Origin: the human T2T-CHM13v2.0 reference genome, Homo sapiens | Length of the DNA: 64,000 nucleotides | NCBI RefSeq assembly: GCF_009914755.1 | Contig: NC_060927.1 | Strand: one strand, 5' to 3' | Shown here: positions 15,336 through 28,150 of the stretch, piece by piece | Numbering within the stretch: position 1 is the first letter of the stretch | Layout: the number at the start of each line of letters is the position of its first letter | Notes under the pieces: generated by a model | Told to the model about the DNA's origin: nothing | Database searches by the model: none | Seen by the model: only the letters and a program-made list of their open reading frames with translations | Made by a program: the position numbers and the translations under genes

Positions 15336-16435
15336 CTAAACTTTGTGAATGAGGCTGGGGTCCCGCCTGATCAAGCCTGCTGGCCATTCAAGTGTTGATG
15401 TACCCAAGCAATCAGTGGACAGAGGTCCACATTATCAGGCCATGTCTTTCCACTGAAGCTACTGGGTAATAAAAACAAAACGCATTAAGTATTGATTCTG
15501 TATCTGATATCAGTTCTCAGTGCAAACCTGGAAACAGCATGGAAAGGAAAGACTCACTCCCTTCCTCGTGGTACATATCATTTTCTCCCTGTCTTTTCAC
15601 ATTGTTAGTTCTTTAGATGCAGACACTGTGTTTTAATAGGTTTGGTTGGGTGTGTGATGCAATACAAGCTAAATATAATCATGAAGATGCACAATCACCA
15701 CATGCTTAGGGTTGGCATCTGCTTGGAACCCACAACTATGAGACTCGCCACCCGCCCTGGATCCTAAGGTCACTGACTCCCTCAGGAGGGCCCTGCCAGG
15801 CACTGCTTAGCCATCGTTTACTGTGGCTCAAACACCTACAGCATATATAGCAATGGCCTACACAGAAATGGACATCTGGTCCTCACAAAGATTACAAAAC
15901 AGCCTGAAGCTTTGCAGGCACCTTCTGGTTTGTGATCCTAGGACCGTCTATGTGCCTTGGTTTCCCCATCTGTAAAATGGCAGTGACAGAAAAGGCAGAG
16001 CTTGCTCAACTCTGGGGACATATTCAGGTAGAATGATGCAATGTGACTAGCATCCCCTGAAGGCTGAGGGTTGAATGAAAGATGAAACATGAAACCTTTC
16101 ACCTGGTGCCTGGTCTGTACTGGCCTGAACCACCCAGCTGTGTGACAGTCAGCTGCTCAGGAAAGTGCAGGGTGAGTCAGTCGGAAGTTGAGTCCAGGCT
16201 CCTTTCTTTCTTACAACTTTGTGACTCCCGCAAGCTCATTCCCCTAGAGGCATCACTTTCATGTATTGTCTGGAGCAGTTCCTGGTATATTATTGGCATG
16301 TAATAAATATTTGTTGAAATAATGAATGTGCACTTATGGATCTCAGTTTCTTACTTTACATAATGGGGACAATGATGTACCTCATGGGAATGAATTAGGA
16401 TTAATTGAGAAAACAGTTTAAAGAGACCTGATACA

Positions 16436-16527
16436 CATATGCAGATAATTGAAATTGGTCCCCTTCCTTACACCAGATACAAAAATTAACTCAGGATGGA
16501 TTAAAGACTTAAATTTAAAACCCCAAA
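16436..16527 (+). mobile_element. Isolated ~90-bp L1P ORF2 fragment
   Basis: ccccttccttacaccagatacaaaaattaactcaggatggattaaagacttaaat, near-consensus primate L1 ORF2. Confidence 0.85.
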
Positions 16528-17124
16528 TCAAAAAATCAAAGTGCCATGTTGCTACTGATGAAAGCTGGCTCAGAGGACATGGCTTAAGCATGTGAACACG
16601 TGGGTCCTAACACTCCACTCAGTTTAAGACCCTGTACAGATTCTTTGGACATACTGGACCACTTCAGGCCTTCCCTGCAAGGGCCATTTCCATAAGCTTA
16701 TGTGTGAAGTTGCAGAGTCAGCCTCCCTCTGTAGCTGAGAGGACCAGACAGAGCTGAGTATTTTCAGGCCCTTCTCCCAAATGCAGCATTCAGTTAAGTT
16801 GGCTCCCCCAGGGATGAGAGTGTGAAGGGACATAAAGATGCTCCTGGAAGAAAATGCTAAGGGAACCCTCCCCAAATGAAGTGGTTAATCAACCCCTTCG
16901 ATGGAAAACTAAGGGGACATGGGAAGGATATGTCCCCTCTGCTAACATTTCTTATCTTGGACCTGTGTGCTTTATGCTTTTCTGTAATATTGGAATACTT
17001 TATTAAGTGCCAGTGAAAAAGAATTTTATTTCCTTCTTTTTATTTCTTTTGATTGATCTTAGATATGAAAATTTTTATTGGGAAAGACTGTATATATATT
17101 TGGCTACTATAGCAGGCATATTAA

Positions 17125-17560
17125 TTACCTATTGTGCCATAATCAATAATCCCATACTGCAGTAACTTAAAACAGCAATAAATATTTATTATTTCACATA
17201 GTTTCTGCAAGTCAAGAATTCAGGCCAGGCACGGTTGCTCATGCCTGTAATTCCAGCACTTTGGGAAGTTGAGGCGGGTGGATCACAAGATCAGGAGATC
17301 GAGGCCATCCTGGCCAACATGGTGAAACCCCGTCTCTACTAAAAATGCAAAAATTAGCTGGGCATGGTGGTGGGTGTCTGTATTCTGAGCTACTCAGGAG
17401 GCTGAGGCAGGATAATCGCCTGAACCCAGGAGGCAGAGGTTGCAGTGAGCCAAGATCACGCCACTGCACTCCAGCCTGGGCGACAGAGTGAGACTCCATC
17501 TCAAAAAAAAAAAAAAAAAATTCAAGAGTGGTTTAGCTGGGTGGTTCTGCTGAAGTCACA
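17125..17560 (-). mobile_element. Old MaLR LTR (MLT1) fragment split by Alu
   Basis: aacttaaaacagcaataaatatttattatttcacatagtttctgcaagtcaagaattc|aagagtggtttagctgggtggttctg. Confidence 0.7.
17223..17520 (+). mobile_element. AluS (Sc-like)
   Basis: ggatcacaagatcaggagatcgaggccatcctggccaacatgg; poly-A tail; short TSD aattca. Confidence 0.95.
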
Positions 17561-17631
17561 TAGCAAGTGGTGGAGCTGGAATTTGATCTCAGATCCATTA
17601 AATAAAGTTTAACTTCTCAAACAGTTCAAAT

Positions 17632-17790
17632 CAGTAGTTCCCAGCTAATGCCTTTCCAAATCACCTGAAGAATCTAATTCAAATGTAGTCTGTTTCAGCA
17701 GGGTTTGGGTCAGGTGAGGTTCTGCATAGCTAACAATACCCCAATTATGCTATGCTGTTGCCAAGGGACCTCACAAGGAGGTAGTACATC
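17632..17790 (-). mobile_element. MER5A relic
   Basis: aatcacctgaagaatct...ttctgcatagctaacaa...tgctgttgccaagggacc. Confidence 0.5.
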
Positions 17791-19190
17791 CACTGCTAGT
17801 GGCTATACAAAGGAGTGAAGCCTTCTAAGTACAGTACCTGGCACAACGAATTGTCAAGCAAATGGCAAATCTTCTCTGCAGAGGGGAACTGAGACCCAGT
17901 ACTCACAATCCATTCTGGAGTCTCCTCATAATCCTGAAGAGGGAAGCCCAGAGGAAATCATCTGGTGAGCTTATCTCATTCTTCTAAAAAAGCGATGAGG
18001 ATTGGTTTGAGGAGAGCTGCAGTGGGAGGCTGAGAGTCAAAGCCACACTATTTCTGGAGGCTTCGTCCTTTTTCCTGGGATCAGACTCTACTTTTGTGCC
18101 ATCATCCACCTTTGGGGAGGTCCATGAAGGTCATCTGCTTTTGGGGGTGCATTTGGGACCAGGCAGGAAGCTGCACTTCCCAACTTACCCAAACACAGCT
18201 TCTCAACGGGGGCTTCCAAGTTGGGGGAAGGGCTGTGCATGAAGCAGTCTGTGTGTGGGTGTTGGGGAGCTGAAGGGACATCCCCAGCTGGGCCAGGGAA
18301 CTCTGGTCTCTCCTTGTTTGTCTCCTACAACTGTGGCAACAACACAAAGCCTCTCAGTATGTGCATATTGCTTTGTAGTATCTCTTAGAGAGACAAGATA
18401 ATGACTATTTTTTCTTAGTTTATCCATGAAGTTAACATATAATACATTAATTGCATTTAGGAGCATTTATTCAACCAAGTGTAACTAGTAATTTCAAAAA
18501 ATGCCCAATAATACTGATGTTACAGCACACTTGGAGTGCTTTGCTCCAGAAATACCAAGCATTTCCTCCGTTTGGCACTGGGGAGAATCCTGGCACTTTG
18601 CTTCAGAAACAAATCTCTTTAATTCCTGCGGACTCTGCATCAAGCCTGCATTGCTCTTTGTTTTTTCCAAGGCTAGGACCTGGGCTGTTTCCCTTCTTTC
18701 ATCTTCAGATCACTTTAGCCACCCACCAATGTGATTTCTGAAAGCACTGTGTGAAAATTTGAGAATCATGTTGTGTAAACCAGTCTCTGTTTCATGGTAA
18801 ACCTCTCTTCCCTCCACCCTCACAAAGCCCAGAGCCAGGGACAAAAAGGAATGGGAAAGTGGATTTGCCTTCCCCAAGACTTCCCAGCCAGGGCACAGGA
18901 AGATAACAATGCTACCACCCAGCATCTCCTAATCTCTCTAGAAATGAAAATGCTCTATCCCCTTTGCACTGCAAGGAAGAGGTGTGAGGCTCTCAATCCA
19001 CACAGCTGGATATCAAAATCTTAAATGTTTTAAGAAAACAAGATGAGTAAGGTTAGAGAAGTGAGTCAGAAATGCCAAGTAGCAGATGTGAAAATGTGAG
19101 TAAACCACAGCCTCAGTGAACTAAAGGCTTTACAACAGAAGGTGCCAAAACTTTTTGATTCTCACATGTATGTTTGTCCATGTATCTCTG

Positions 19191-19595
19191 TGCTGTGGCT
19201 TGAATGTTTACGTCCGCTCCAAAATTTACGTGGAAATTTAATCCCCAATGCAACAGTATTAAGAGGTAGGGCCTTTAGGAGGTGATTAGTCTATGAAGGC
19301 TCCTCCCTCACCAATGGCATTAGCACCTTATAAAAGCATTAAAGGAAAATAGCTAGGCCCTTTGTGCTCTTGTGCCCTTCCACTATGAGAGGACACAGTG
19401 TTCGTCTTCTCTGGAAGAGACAGCATTTAAGGCACCATCTTCGAAGTAAAGACTGGGCCCTCACCAGACACTGAACCTGCTGGCATTTGGATTTTGAACT
19501 TCCCAGCCTCCATAACTGTAAGTAATACATTTACACTGTTTATAAATTACCCAGTCTGTGGAATTTTGTTATAGTAGCAGGACTGAACTAAGACA
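19191..19595 (+). mobile_element. MaLR solo LTR (MSTD-like)
   Basis: TG...CA ends; aggcaccatcttcgaag...gccctcaccagacactgaacctgctggc...ataaattacccagtctg...ctaagaca. Confidence 0.88.
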
Positions 19596-19789
19596 CCCTC
19601 ATATATTAATATATACATCTTAAAAATTATGTAATGGGAACTATAAAGAATAGGAGTTAAAGTCACCCTCAATGGAAGTTCCACTCTTTTTTCTCTACAC
19701 CCTAATGCCTCCTCTCATGTTATCTCTGCAGTGCCTGCATCCCACTGTGGAGACTCCTGTTGTATTAATAATTAGGGCTGGGCAGACAG

Positions 19790-20000
19790 AGCTAAGCCTG
19801 AGGCTGGGTTGCTACTTTCTTACCCATATAACCTTGGGGAAATGACCTTTCTGAGACTTCTATTGAAGAGTCTGTAAAAGCAGATAATGATAGTACTACT
19901 TCCAGGGTTGTGGTGAGAATTCAGTGAGATATTGCATGGAAAGCATTTAGCACAATCCTGGTCCATGATAAATGTTTGATATTTGTTAGTAATAATTATT
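19790..20000 (+). mobile_element. MIR
   Basis: cagggttgtggtgagaattcagtgagatattgcatggaaagcatttagcaca. Confidence 0.75.
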
Positions 20001-21137
20001 CAATGACTTGACGCTCCCAGTAAAGAAAAATTATCAAAACTTCAGAAATAAGGCAAGAGGATGAATGACTGTGTGCCTTTCAATGTCATAGCAGAGAGCT
20101 GTCCAATAGGCCTACCCAAGGTCATGTGACATTGTAGGGCAGGAACTTTGTCCGGCACAATTGGCTATTGATTTGCATCCAGTTCCCCTAAAGTTAGATA
20201 TTAACTAACTAAGTTGCACATGATTTGGTCTACTAGAGGATGCAAATAGTTTTTGTTGAGTAGAACAGATAACCATAGAGGTTACGGTTATATTGCTTTT
20301 GTTTTTGCTTTGTTTCATATCTACTTTAGGAACTTGGTGGTGTCAACATCTTGTCTCTTACTAAGTATGTATTCATCTTGTGTATCCTCTTTTGAACCAG
20401 CTTTATCATCCTGCTGGTTCCCTCATTAATTAGGTAAATAATCTCTGACTTACATGCATTATATACTGAGTAAAGGAGCTGTATTCATATTATCATAGTT
20501 ACATGATCTCCTTTATTTCAACTTCCCCATCAAGCTCTTGGCTACCAGGTGCCTCAGCCTACCCTGAAATACCTCCAAGGAAGATAATTTCCAAACTTAT
20601 ATCCACATCCTACCTTCCTTTTAAGGCAAGTTAGCATCTTATTTTAACTGTTTAATTCAAGAAGTATTTGCTGAAAAAAATAAAATATTAACTCTAATTG
20701 CTTTTAAGTGGTAGGATTTAGGATGATTTTTTTCCCATTTTCTATTTTACTATTGTCCACATTTTCTATATTAATGATGTACAGTACTTGTAATGAAAAG
20801 AGAAAAAAATGTAACTTCTAAAAAAGTGAGGACCTATTATATGCATGTCAACAGGTAGGACCCAGGAAAGAACACAATGGTGAATAATCCACTCTTCCTG
20901 ACTTTGACAGTACAAAAGTGTAAAGCTATAAAACAGGACAGAATATAAGTACAGATTGGAAAATAACATATTGTGTCTGTGGGGAAAGGCTGAGGAGAGG
21001 ATGGAAGGGAAGGAATTGTCTTGGAGGGGTAGCATCTGAAAATCCCATTAATAGCTACTAGCTAGTATTTAATGTATATTTGTTACATGCCAAGCACCCT
21101 CCTAATTCCTTCACATGCACCTCATTTAACTTTCTTC

Positions 21138-23200
21138 TTTTTTTGTTATTGTGTTAAAAGGATGTTGTATAAGATTTACTGTCTTAAGCACTTTTAATTG
21201 CACGGCATAATAGTGTTAAGTATATTCACATTGTTGTGAAATGGATGTCCAGAACTTTTTCATCTTTCAAATTTGACACTCTATACCCATTAAACAACAA
21301 CTCCCCTTCTCATCTCCCCTCAGCCCCTGGTAACTACCATTTTACTGTGTTTCTATGAATTTGGCTACTTTAGATACCAGAGATCAGTGGAGTCCTACTG
21401 TATTTTTGTGTGTGAGTGACTGGCTTATTTCACTTAGCATAGTGTCTTCAAGGTTCGTCCATGTTGTAGCGTGCAAAAGGATTTCCTTTCTTTTTAAGGC
21501 TGAATAATATTCCATTGTTTGTATATACCACATTTTGTTAATCCATTTATACATCGATGAATGGAATACATGGGTTACTTTCACTTTTTGGCCTTTGTGA
21601 ATAATGCTGCTATGAACATGGTGTGCAAATACCTCTTCAAGATACTGCTGTCAATTATTTTGGGTATATATCCAGTAATGAGGTTGCTGGATCATATGGT
21701 AGTTCTATTTTTAAATTGTTGACAACCTCCATACTGTTTTCCATAGTGATTGTACATTTCACATTCCCACCAACAGTGCCCAAGCAATCCAATTTCTCCA
21801 CAGCCTCACCAACACTTGTTATTTTCTGCTTTTTGACACCAGCCATGCAAATGAGTGTAAAGTGATATCTCATTGTGGTTTTGATTTGCATTTTTCTGAT
21901 AATCAGTGATGCTGAGCATCTTTTCATATATTAGCCATTTGAATATCATATCATATTTAGAAAACCATCTATTCAGGTCTTTTGCCCATTTTCTGAGAGT
22001 TATTTGATTATTTTGTTGTTGAGTTATAGAAGTTCTTTATAAATTCTATATATTAATCCCTCATCAGATATATGATTTGCTAATATTTTCTACCATTCTG
22101 TAGGTTACCTACAGAATCTACAGTGATTGTGTCCTTTGATGCACAGAAATTTTTAAGTTTGACATAGTTCTATTTGCCTAATTTTTGCTTTTGTTGCCTA
22201 TACTTCTGTTGTATCCAAGAAATCATTTTTCATATCCAAGAAATCATTGCCAAGTTCAATGTCATGAATATTTTCCCCTGTTTTCTTCTGGTAATTTTAC
22301 AATTTTAGGTCTTACATTTATGTTTTTAATCCATTTTGAGTTAATTTTCTGTACGTGGTATAAGGTAAGGGCCCAACTTTATTTTTCGCATGCAGATATC
22401 CAGTTTTTCCCACACCATTTGTTGAAGAGATTTTTTTTCTTCCTCATTGAGGGGTCTTGGCATCCTTGTTGAAAATTACTTGGCCATATACATGAGAGTT
22501 TGTTTCTGAGCTACTATTCTATTCTATTGGTCCATTTGTGTTATGCCAGTGCCACATTGTTTTGATTACTGAAGCTTTGTAATGTTTTGAAATCAGGAAG
22601 TGGAAGTTCTCCAACTTTGTTATTTTTCAAAATTGTTTTGGTTATTGAGGTTCCCTTGAGATTCCATATAAATTTTAGGGCAAATTTTTCTATTTCTGCA
22701 AAAAATGCCATTGGGATTTTGATAGGGATTCTATTGAATCTATAGATAACTTTGGGTAGTATGACATCTTAACAATATTAAGTCCTCCAATCCATGAACA
22801 TAGGATATCTTTTCATTTATTTGTATCTTCCTTAATTTATTTCAGTACTGATTTATAGTTTTCAGTGCACAAGTCTTTCACCTCCTTATTTATGTTTATT
22901 TCTAAGTATTTTGTTCTTTTTAATGTTACTAGAAATGAAATTGTTTTCTTAATTTTTTTGGTTTATTGTTAATGTATAGAAATGCAGCTGATTTCTGTAT
23001 GTTGATTTTGTATCCTGCAACTTTTGCTGAATTAGTGTACTAGTTTCAATAAGGCTTTATTTATTTATTTATTTATTTGGTGTATATGGTATCTTTAGGA
23101 CATTGTACAGATAACATTATGTCATCTGCAAACAGAGATCATTTTACTTCTTCCTTTCTCATTTGCCTTTTATTTCTTTTTCTTGTCTGATTGCTCAGGC
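21138..23200 (-). mobile_element. L1MB-like LINE-1 3' 2 kb, inserted in an antisense MIR (21050-21137 and 23201-23330)
   Basis: L1MB-type 3'UTR (ccagaactttttcatc, ctctatacccattaaacaacaactcc); ORF2 remnants MQIKTTMRYH and IELPYDPA; degenerate TSD tttaactttcttc / tttaattctcttc. Confidence 0.9.
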
Positions 23201-23503
23201 TTTAATTCTCTTCGTTTTATGGATTAGGAAACTGAAGCTTTGAGAAGTTAATTAGCTTGCCTGAGGTAATCAGCTAAGCAGCAAAGTTAGAATAAAAACA
23301 TGACTTTTGAACTCTACAGCTAGGAATTTAATCAATAGTGTTGAGTAGGGCTTTACCTGGTTGAGATGGGAAGGGTGGGGGCATTTGGGCAGATGGATTC
23401 TGACTTGTTTAATATGATCTGCTATATCTTTTAGAGATTGCCACATTCCAATCAATAAACTCAAAGATGCTGAAGCAAAACTATGCTGAGTATAATTTTC
23501 TTC

Positions 23504-23799
<296 letters not shown>

Positions 23800-24254
23800 C
23801 TTTTTTGTTTGTTTTTTAGTGTTTTGGAAGACAATTTTTGTTCTAGGGTCAGTTCAAACAGCAGACTTAAATGGAATAAATTTGTACTGGCAACGAACAT
23901 ACTGTTAAAGTTGCCTTTGTGAATATACCCTTGATAGTCATTTGTATTCTTATAATTTTTTTTTTCTTTACACATAGACTCAAACTTTTAGAGCTGAAAG
24001 AGATCTTAGAGAGGAAACAAAAGGGGAAAAAAGGAGAACTTAAGTAATCCATTCCTCCCTTCCTTATTCTTTTCCTTCCTTCCTTTTGTAGAAGTAGTAC
24101 ATGCTGCTTAACTGTTTATAAAGCAACATAATTTAAAGAAGGAATTGCCTCCTGTTTGATGTCTGTTTCATCTTCACCATCTTCCTGTGGGTAAAACCAC
24201 ATTTAAAATTTGATGGGTCTCCATCTAGACTTAATTTCTATGCTTAGACATATA

Positions 24255-24255
<1 letters not shown>

Positions 24256-24293
<38 letters not shown>
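24256..24293. repeat. (CA)19 microsatellite
   Basis: Direct count of an uninterrupted CA run. Confidence 0.97.
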
Positions 24294-24296
<3 letters not shown>

Positions 24297-24924
24297 GTGA
24301 TATTATTTTTGTCCTCTTTTTTTTAACAAAATAACAAAAAAATGGTATCATACTATACCCAGAGGTCTGCAACTTGCCTTTTGTCCACTCTGAAAAAGCA
24401 CAAATTCTATGTGTCTTGATTGAATTTCATTTATTGAAAAGATATCCCTAGACTCAACTAACATCTTCAGACACCATTTGCCCTGTAATGACTGAAACTC
24501 CATGGCAACATATAGTATCGCCAGTTACCAAAAAACAAATATTAACACCTCACTGCTGCAGACATTTAAAACCTTCATTTCCCAAGATTCCCATTTTTTG
24601 TGTTGTATGTGCATACTTAACTCCCAATGGAATCAACCGGAAAGTTGTCTTGTTTTCATTGTGGTTCAGGGCCATCCCCTAGTATGGTTTTTGGTAGAGG
24701 ACTTAGGCCAAGAAAAGAGTAAAGGCTTAGTGAGAACCAAGTTCATTCATGCTCTAAAACAAAAGTGCCTACCATTTGCCCAGGCCTTATCTCCTGATCC
24801 TCCCTTTGAAGGAGCTGTTATTTTAAAATCATTAATCTCTAAAATGATACTCTCCCTGTTATGGCACTCACCCTATCACCAATTTACATCATGGAAAAAA
24901 ATCAAGTCTTAAATATTTCACAAT

Positions 24925-25125
24925 TACAATAATACCAGGCACATTGTTAAACATTTTTATGAATTATCTAATGCAGTCATCTGAACCATGTGTATAATAT
25001 GTAATGTTACACAGCATTGTATATTCTCCTTATTTTACAGGTGAGGGAACTGAGACTTATGGAGCTTTTGTATCTAACCCACATCATAAAGCTTGTGAGG
25101 AAGCCAGAGTTTGAAGCCAAACAGC
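24925..25125 (-). mobile_element. MIR
   Basis: ttattttacaggtgagggaactgagactt, antisense core. Confidence 0.7.
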
Positions 25126-26219
25126 CTTGCTCTTATATTTTAAGTGACCCTAAAAATGAATTCCCAGGAGCTGTATTATCATGATGGGGATGTGGATGTT
25201 TAGGTGGCTGGGATTTCCTTCTATCTGGTTTCTTCAGAAAGGCATATTACATTGTTTGGAAGTCAATTGGTTTTGAAACAAGAACAAACCCCTTGATAGC
25301 CATATGGAGATTTGCTATTCTGCCTACACTTTAAATTAACCTTATTGATGGATTTCCTGCCAAGCTTAGTTTCATTTATTATGCATGTTCCTTTTGGTAG
25401 GTGGAAGGAAAAAATGTGAGAATTATCCTCTAAATAAAGCAATATATAAGCCAGGCTTATAAATTTTCTGAAGTTTATTTTTATTTGCCAAGTGTTCTGT
25501 ACTTTTCTGGGGGTAAGTGCGTTTATTAAGTAAAAAAGTATAGTGATATCTTGAAATAAGGATATTTTCGTAGTACACAACCGTGAGTGGATCTATTTTC
25601 TCTTTCATTCATCCTTGTCAGCTGAGGCCATTCCCAGCCAGCAGCTAGGGGTGAAGTGGTATCAAGATGGGTGAGCTGGTTTATTGTTTCTTTCTGAGTT
25701 AAAGAAATTTCAGCCTGAAATCCTATTCCTTTTGGATTCTAAAATGTGGCAACATATGAATGTATTAGAATAGTTGTCCTAAGACTTACTATAGGGCTGC
25801 AAGTCAGGACCAGGCTTCCCTGTATGTGATGTGGAAAATGAACACTCTGGAGTATTCTCATCTTGGGATAAAAAAATATGAATCAGAGAAGGGGAAGTAA
25901 GATAAAATGTCTTCATTTAATCTTTTCTGACATTACCGAAGGTGGCCAGTTGACAATGCTGTGTGTATGGTATAGCCTTGGCATTCGATGATGGGGAAAG
26001 AAGTGCAGGTCAGTGGTACTCATAAATAGCTATTTTGTAATTGTCCTATCTAAATGAAGCTGGACTTGGGAAAGGTGAGAAGTTCCCAAAACAATTCACA
26101 GCCCAGTGGTTGCTGTAAATCACTTGGAGCTCTGGATATTTCTGTCTGACTGGGTAGAATAATGACCCAGCTGATCAGTTACATATGTGGGTTTGTTCAG
26201 AGAATTTCTGATGGAATCT

Positions 26220-27350
26220 GTGATTCTAAACCCTGTCAGGTCCCACGCTCCCTTTTATAACAAATATTTGAACACCCCTTTTAGTATACTGGAATGAAAT
26301 TTATATATGACACATTTAAAAATAAATATCCTGTTATAACAGGAGAACAAAATAGAGAGTCATTTTTAATAAGATATGTATCTCAATTTGCAAATGCCGA
26401 GACAAGACTACTGTTTAAAGATAATTTTTTAAAAAAAGATAAAATCATGACTCTCACCCAGATATAAAAATGAGCATATGTTGTATATTTTAATTAACTC
26501 AAAATGAGGAACCAGGCAAATGTTATAACCTGTTTAAGAGACTAACCACATAATGGACACATTTATAGATCAGGAATATTGAAATGAATGTACAAATGAA
26601 GGCAAAACTAACTTCTTTAATAGTGGGGTAGAGAGGTCAATTGAACATTTACCAAATAGGTCAGAATTTGCATGTCTACAGACAAAAATTATTTTGCATT
26701 GTTCTCAGTTATCTATATTTTACCAAGTTGTAGCATAGTCTCCATGTAATTAGAACCAGATAACCTGGAGGGGTGTAGGTAGATGGTGCACAGTTCTCCA
26801 TTGCAGCACACTCTATATTATCCCTAATGAAACTGTCAGACATTTGCAACTATAGGTAAAAACATGCTGAATGAGGCATCTATACAGGCAGACTGACTCA
26901 GTTGGCTGGATTGTCAGCCAGAATACCTTAAACAGTGATGGCTTCAGCTAGTTTCTGAACTTGGAACCAGCTCTTAGTAAATTTCTGAACAAAGAAAGTA
27001 TACTCTTTCCTCACTTTACACCATGCCTGAACTCCTAGAAAATTCAGTGCTTTTTAAGACTGTTTGAAAACACTTTGTATGCATAATGGGGTTGGATTTT
27101 AGTTAAGATAATTATAAGTATGTTTTTCAGATAATTATTAATATGATAATTATAAACATACAAATATCTGGCAGGATGTCCAAAAGTTGTGGGGCATGCA
27201 GCAAATCCTTTATTTTGCAGGGACTCTACCATCTTAGTCCTACCCACCAAATGCAAGTGGTGTCCTTCCAAGCACTGTGACCACCAAAAAAACTCTGACA
27301 AGTTAATATACTCCCTAGGGATGGATAGTGCCCACATGGAGAAGCACTGT
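26220..27350. mobile_element. hAT-Charlie DNA transposon relic
   Basis: Terminus ggagaagcactg resembles the Charlie TIR (gagaaccactg); MER20-like subterminal ctacccaccaaatgcaagtgg...gtgaccaccaaaaa; interior and left boundary uncertain. Confidence 0.45.
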
Positions 27351-28019
27351 CATTGCTGAAATATGTTTGGGACCCATAGCTTTATTCCCACTTCCAACAA
27401 AACCGTCTGCTCAGCCGGGCAACTGTGGAGAAAGGCAAAGAGCCTTCTTGACCAGGGCTGTGCCAAAAAAAAATTCTTAATTAAAAAAATTGACTCATCC
27501 TTTCTGAATTCCTCTCTTCCGAGTTTAACTCTTCAACACGGTGAAAGACAAAGGAGGCCCCTCATTGAAAGTAACTCCCAGCCTACCCACCCCCAATCTA
27601 TTTGACTGGAGTTTGCTTCTGCTTTTCTGAAGAGTTCTTGCCATTAAGACCTGTGGTATAGAGGCGGATGCAGACAGAAAATAGCACAGTCAAATAACTA
27701 AAGGGGACAGGCTGTTCACAAACTAAGTGAAGTGGTGGGACCATGTGTACCTGCCACGACTTGAGGGACAGCTGCCAATCAAACTCAACCTCATGTTGCC
27801 AGATCTTCTGATTTATTTCCAAGAGAAACTGGAAATCTGAAATATTTATATGTAATTATTCAGGTCTTAGATGTTAGCTGATATGTGTGTGTATACATAT
27901 GTGTGGGTATAGACGGATAGACACATGCATCATGCATACATACTGTTCTTCATACTTAGACCCATGAATAAAAGAAACAATACCTTAGGTACAGACGAGG
28001 TCCCTCCTTTGAATCAGAA

Positions 28020-28150
28020 TGAACACTGTGAGGTAGGTGTTATTTAGCCCCATTGCAGAGATGAAGGAATAGGAGTGTAGAGAAATTAAGCAACTTGCCT
28101 AAAGTCACACAGTCAGTAGCAGGACTGGAATTTTAATCAGGCCTGTTTTG
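28020..28150 (-). mobile_element. MIR fragment
   Basis: ccccattgcagagatgaagga...attaagcaacttgcctaaagtcacacag. Confidence 0.7.

Noticed and set aside
16912-16938. 9-bp stem-loop aggggacat/atgtcccct
   Set aside because: Within chance expectation; no RNA gene context.
24502-24912. 136-aa ORF
   Set aside because: No homology recognised; composition typical of random AT-rich sequence.
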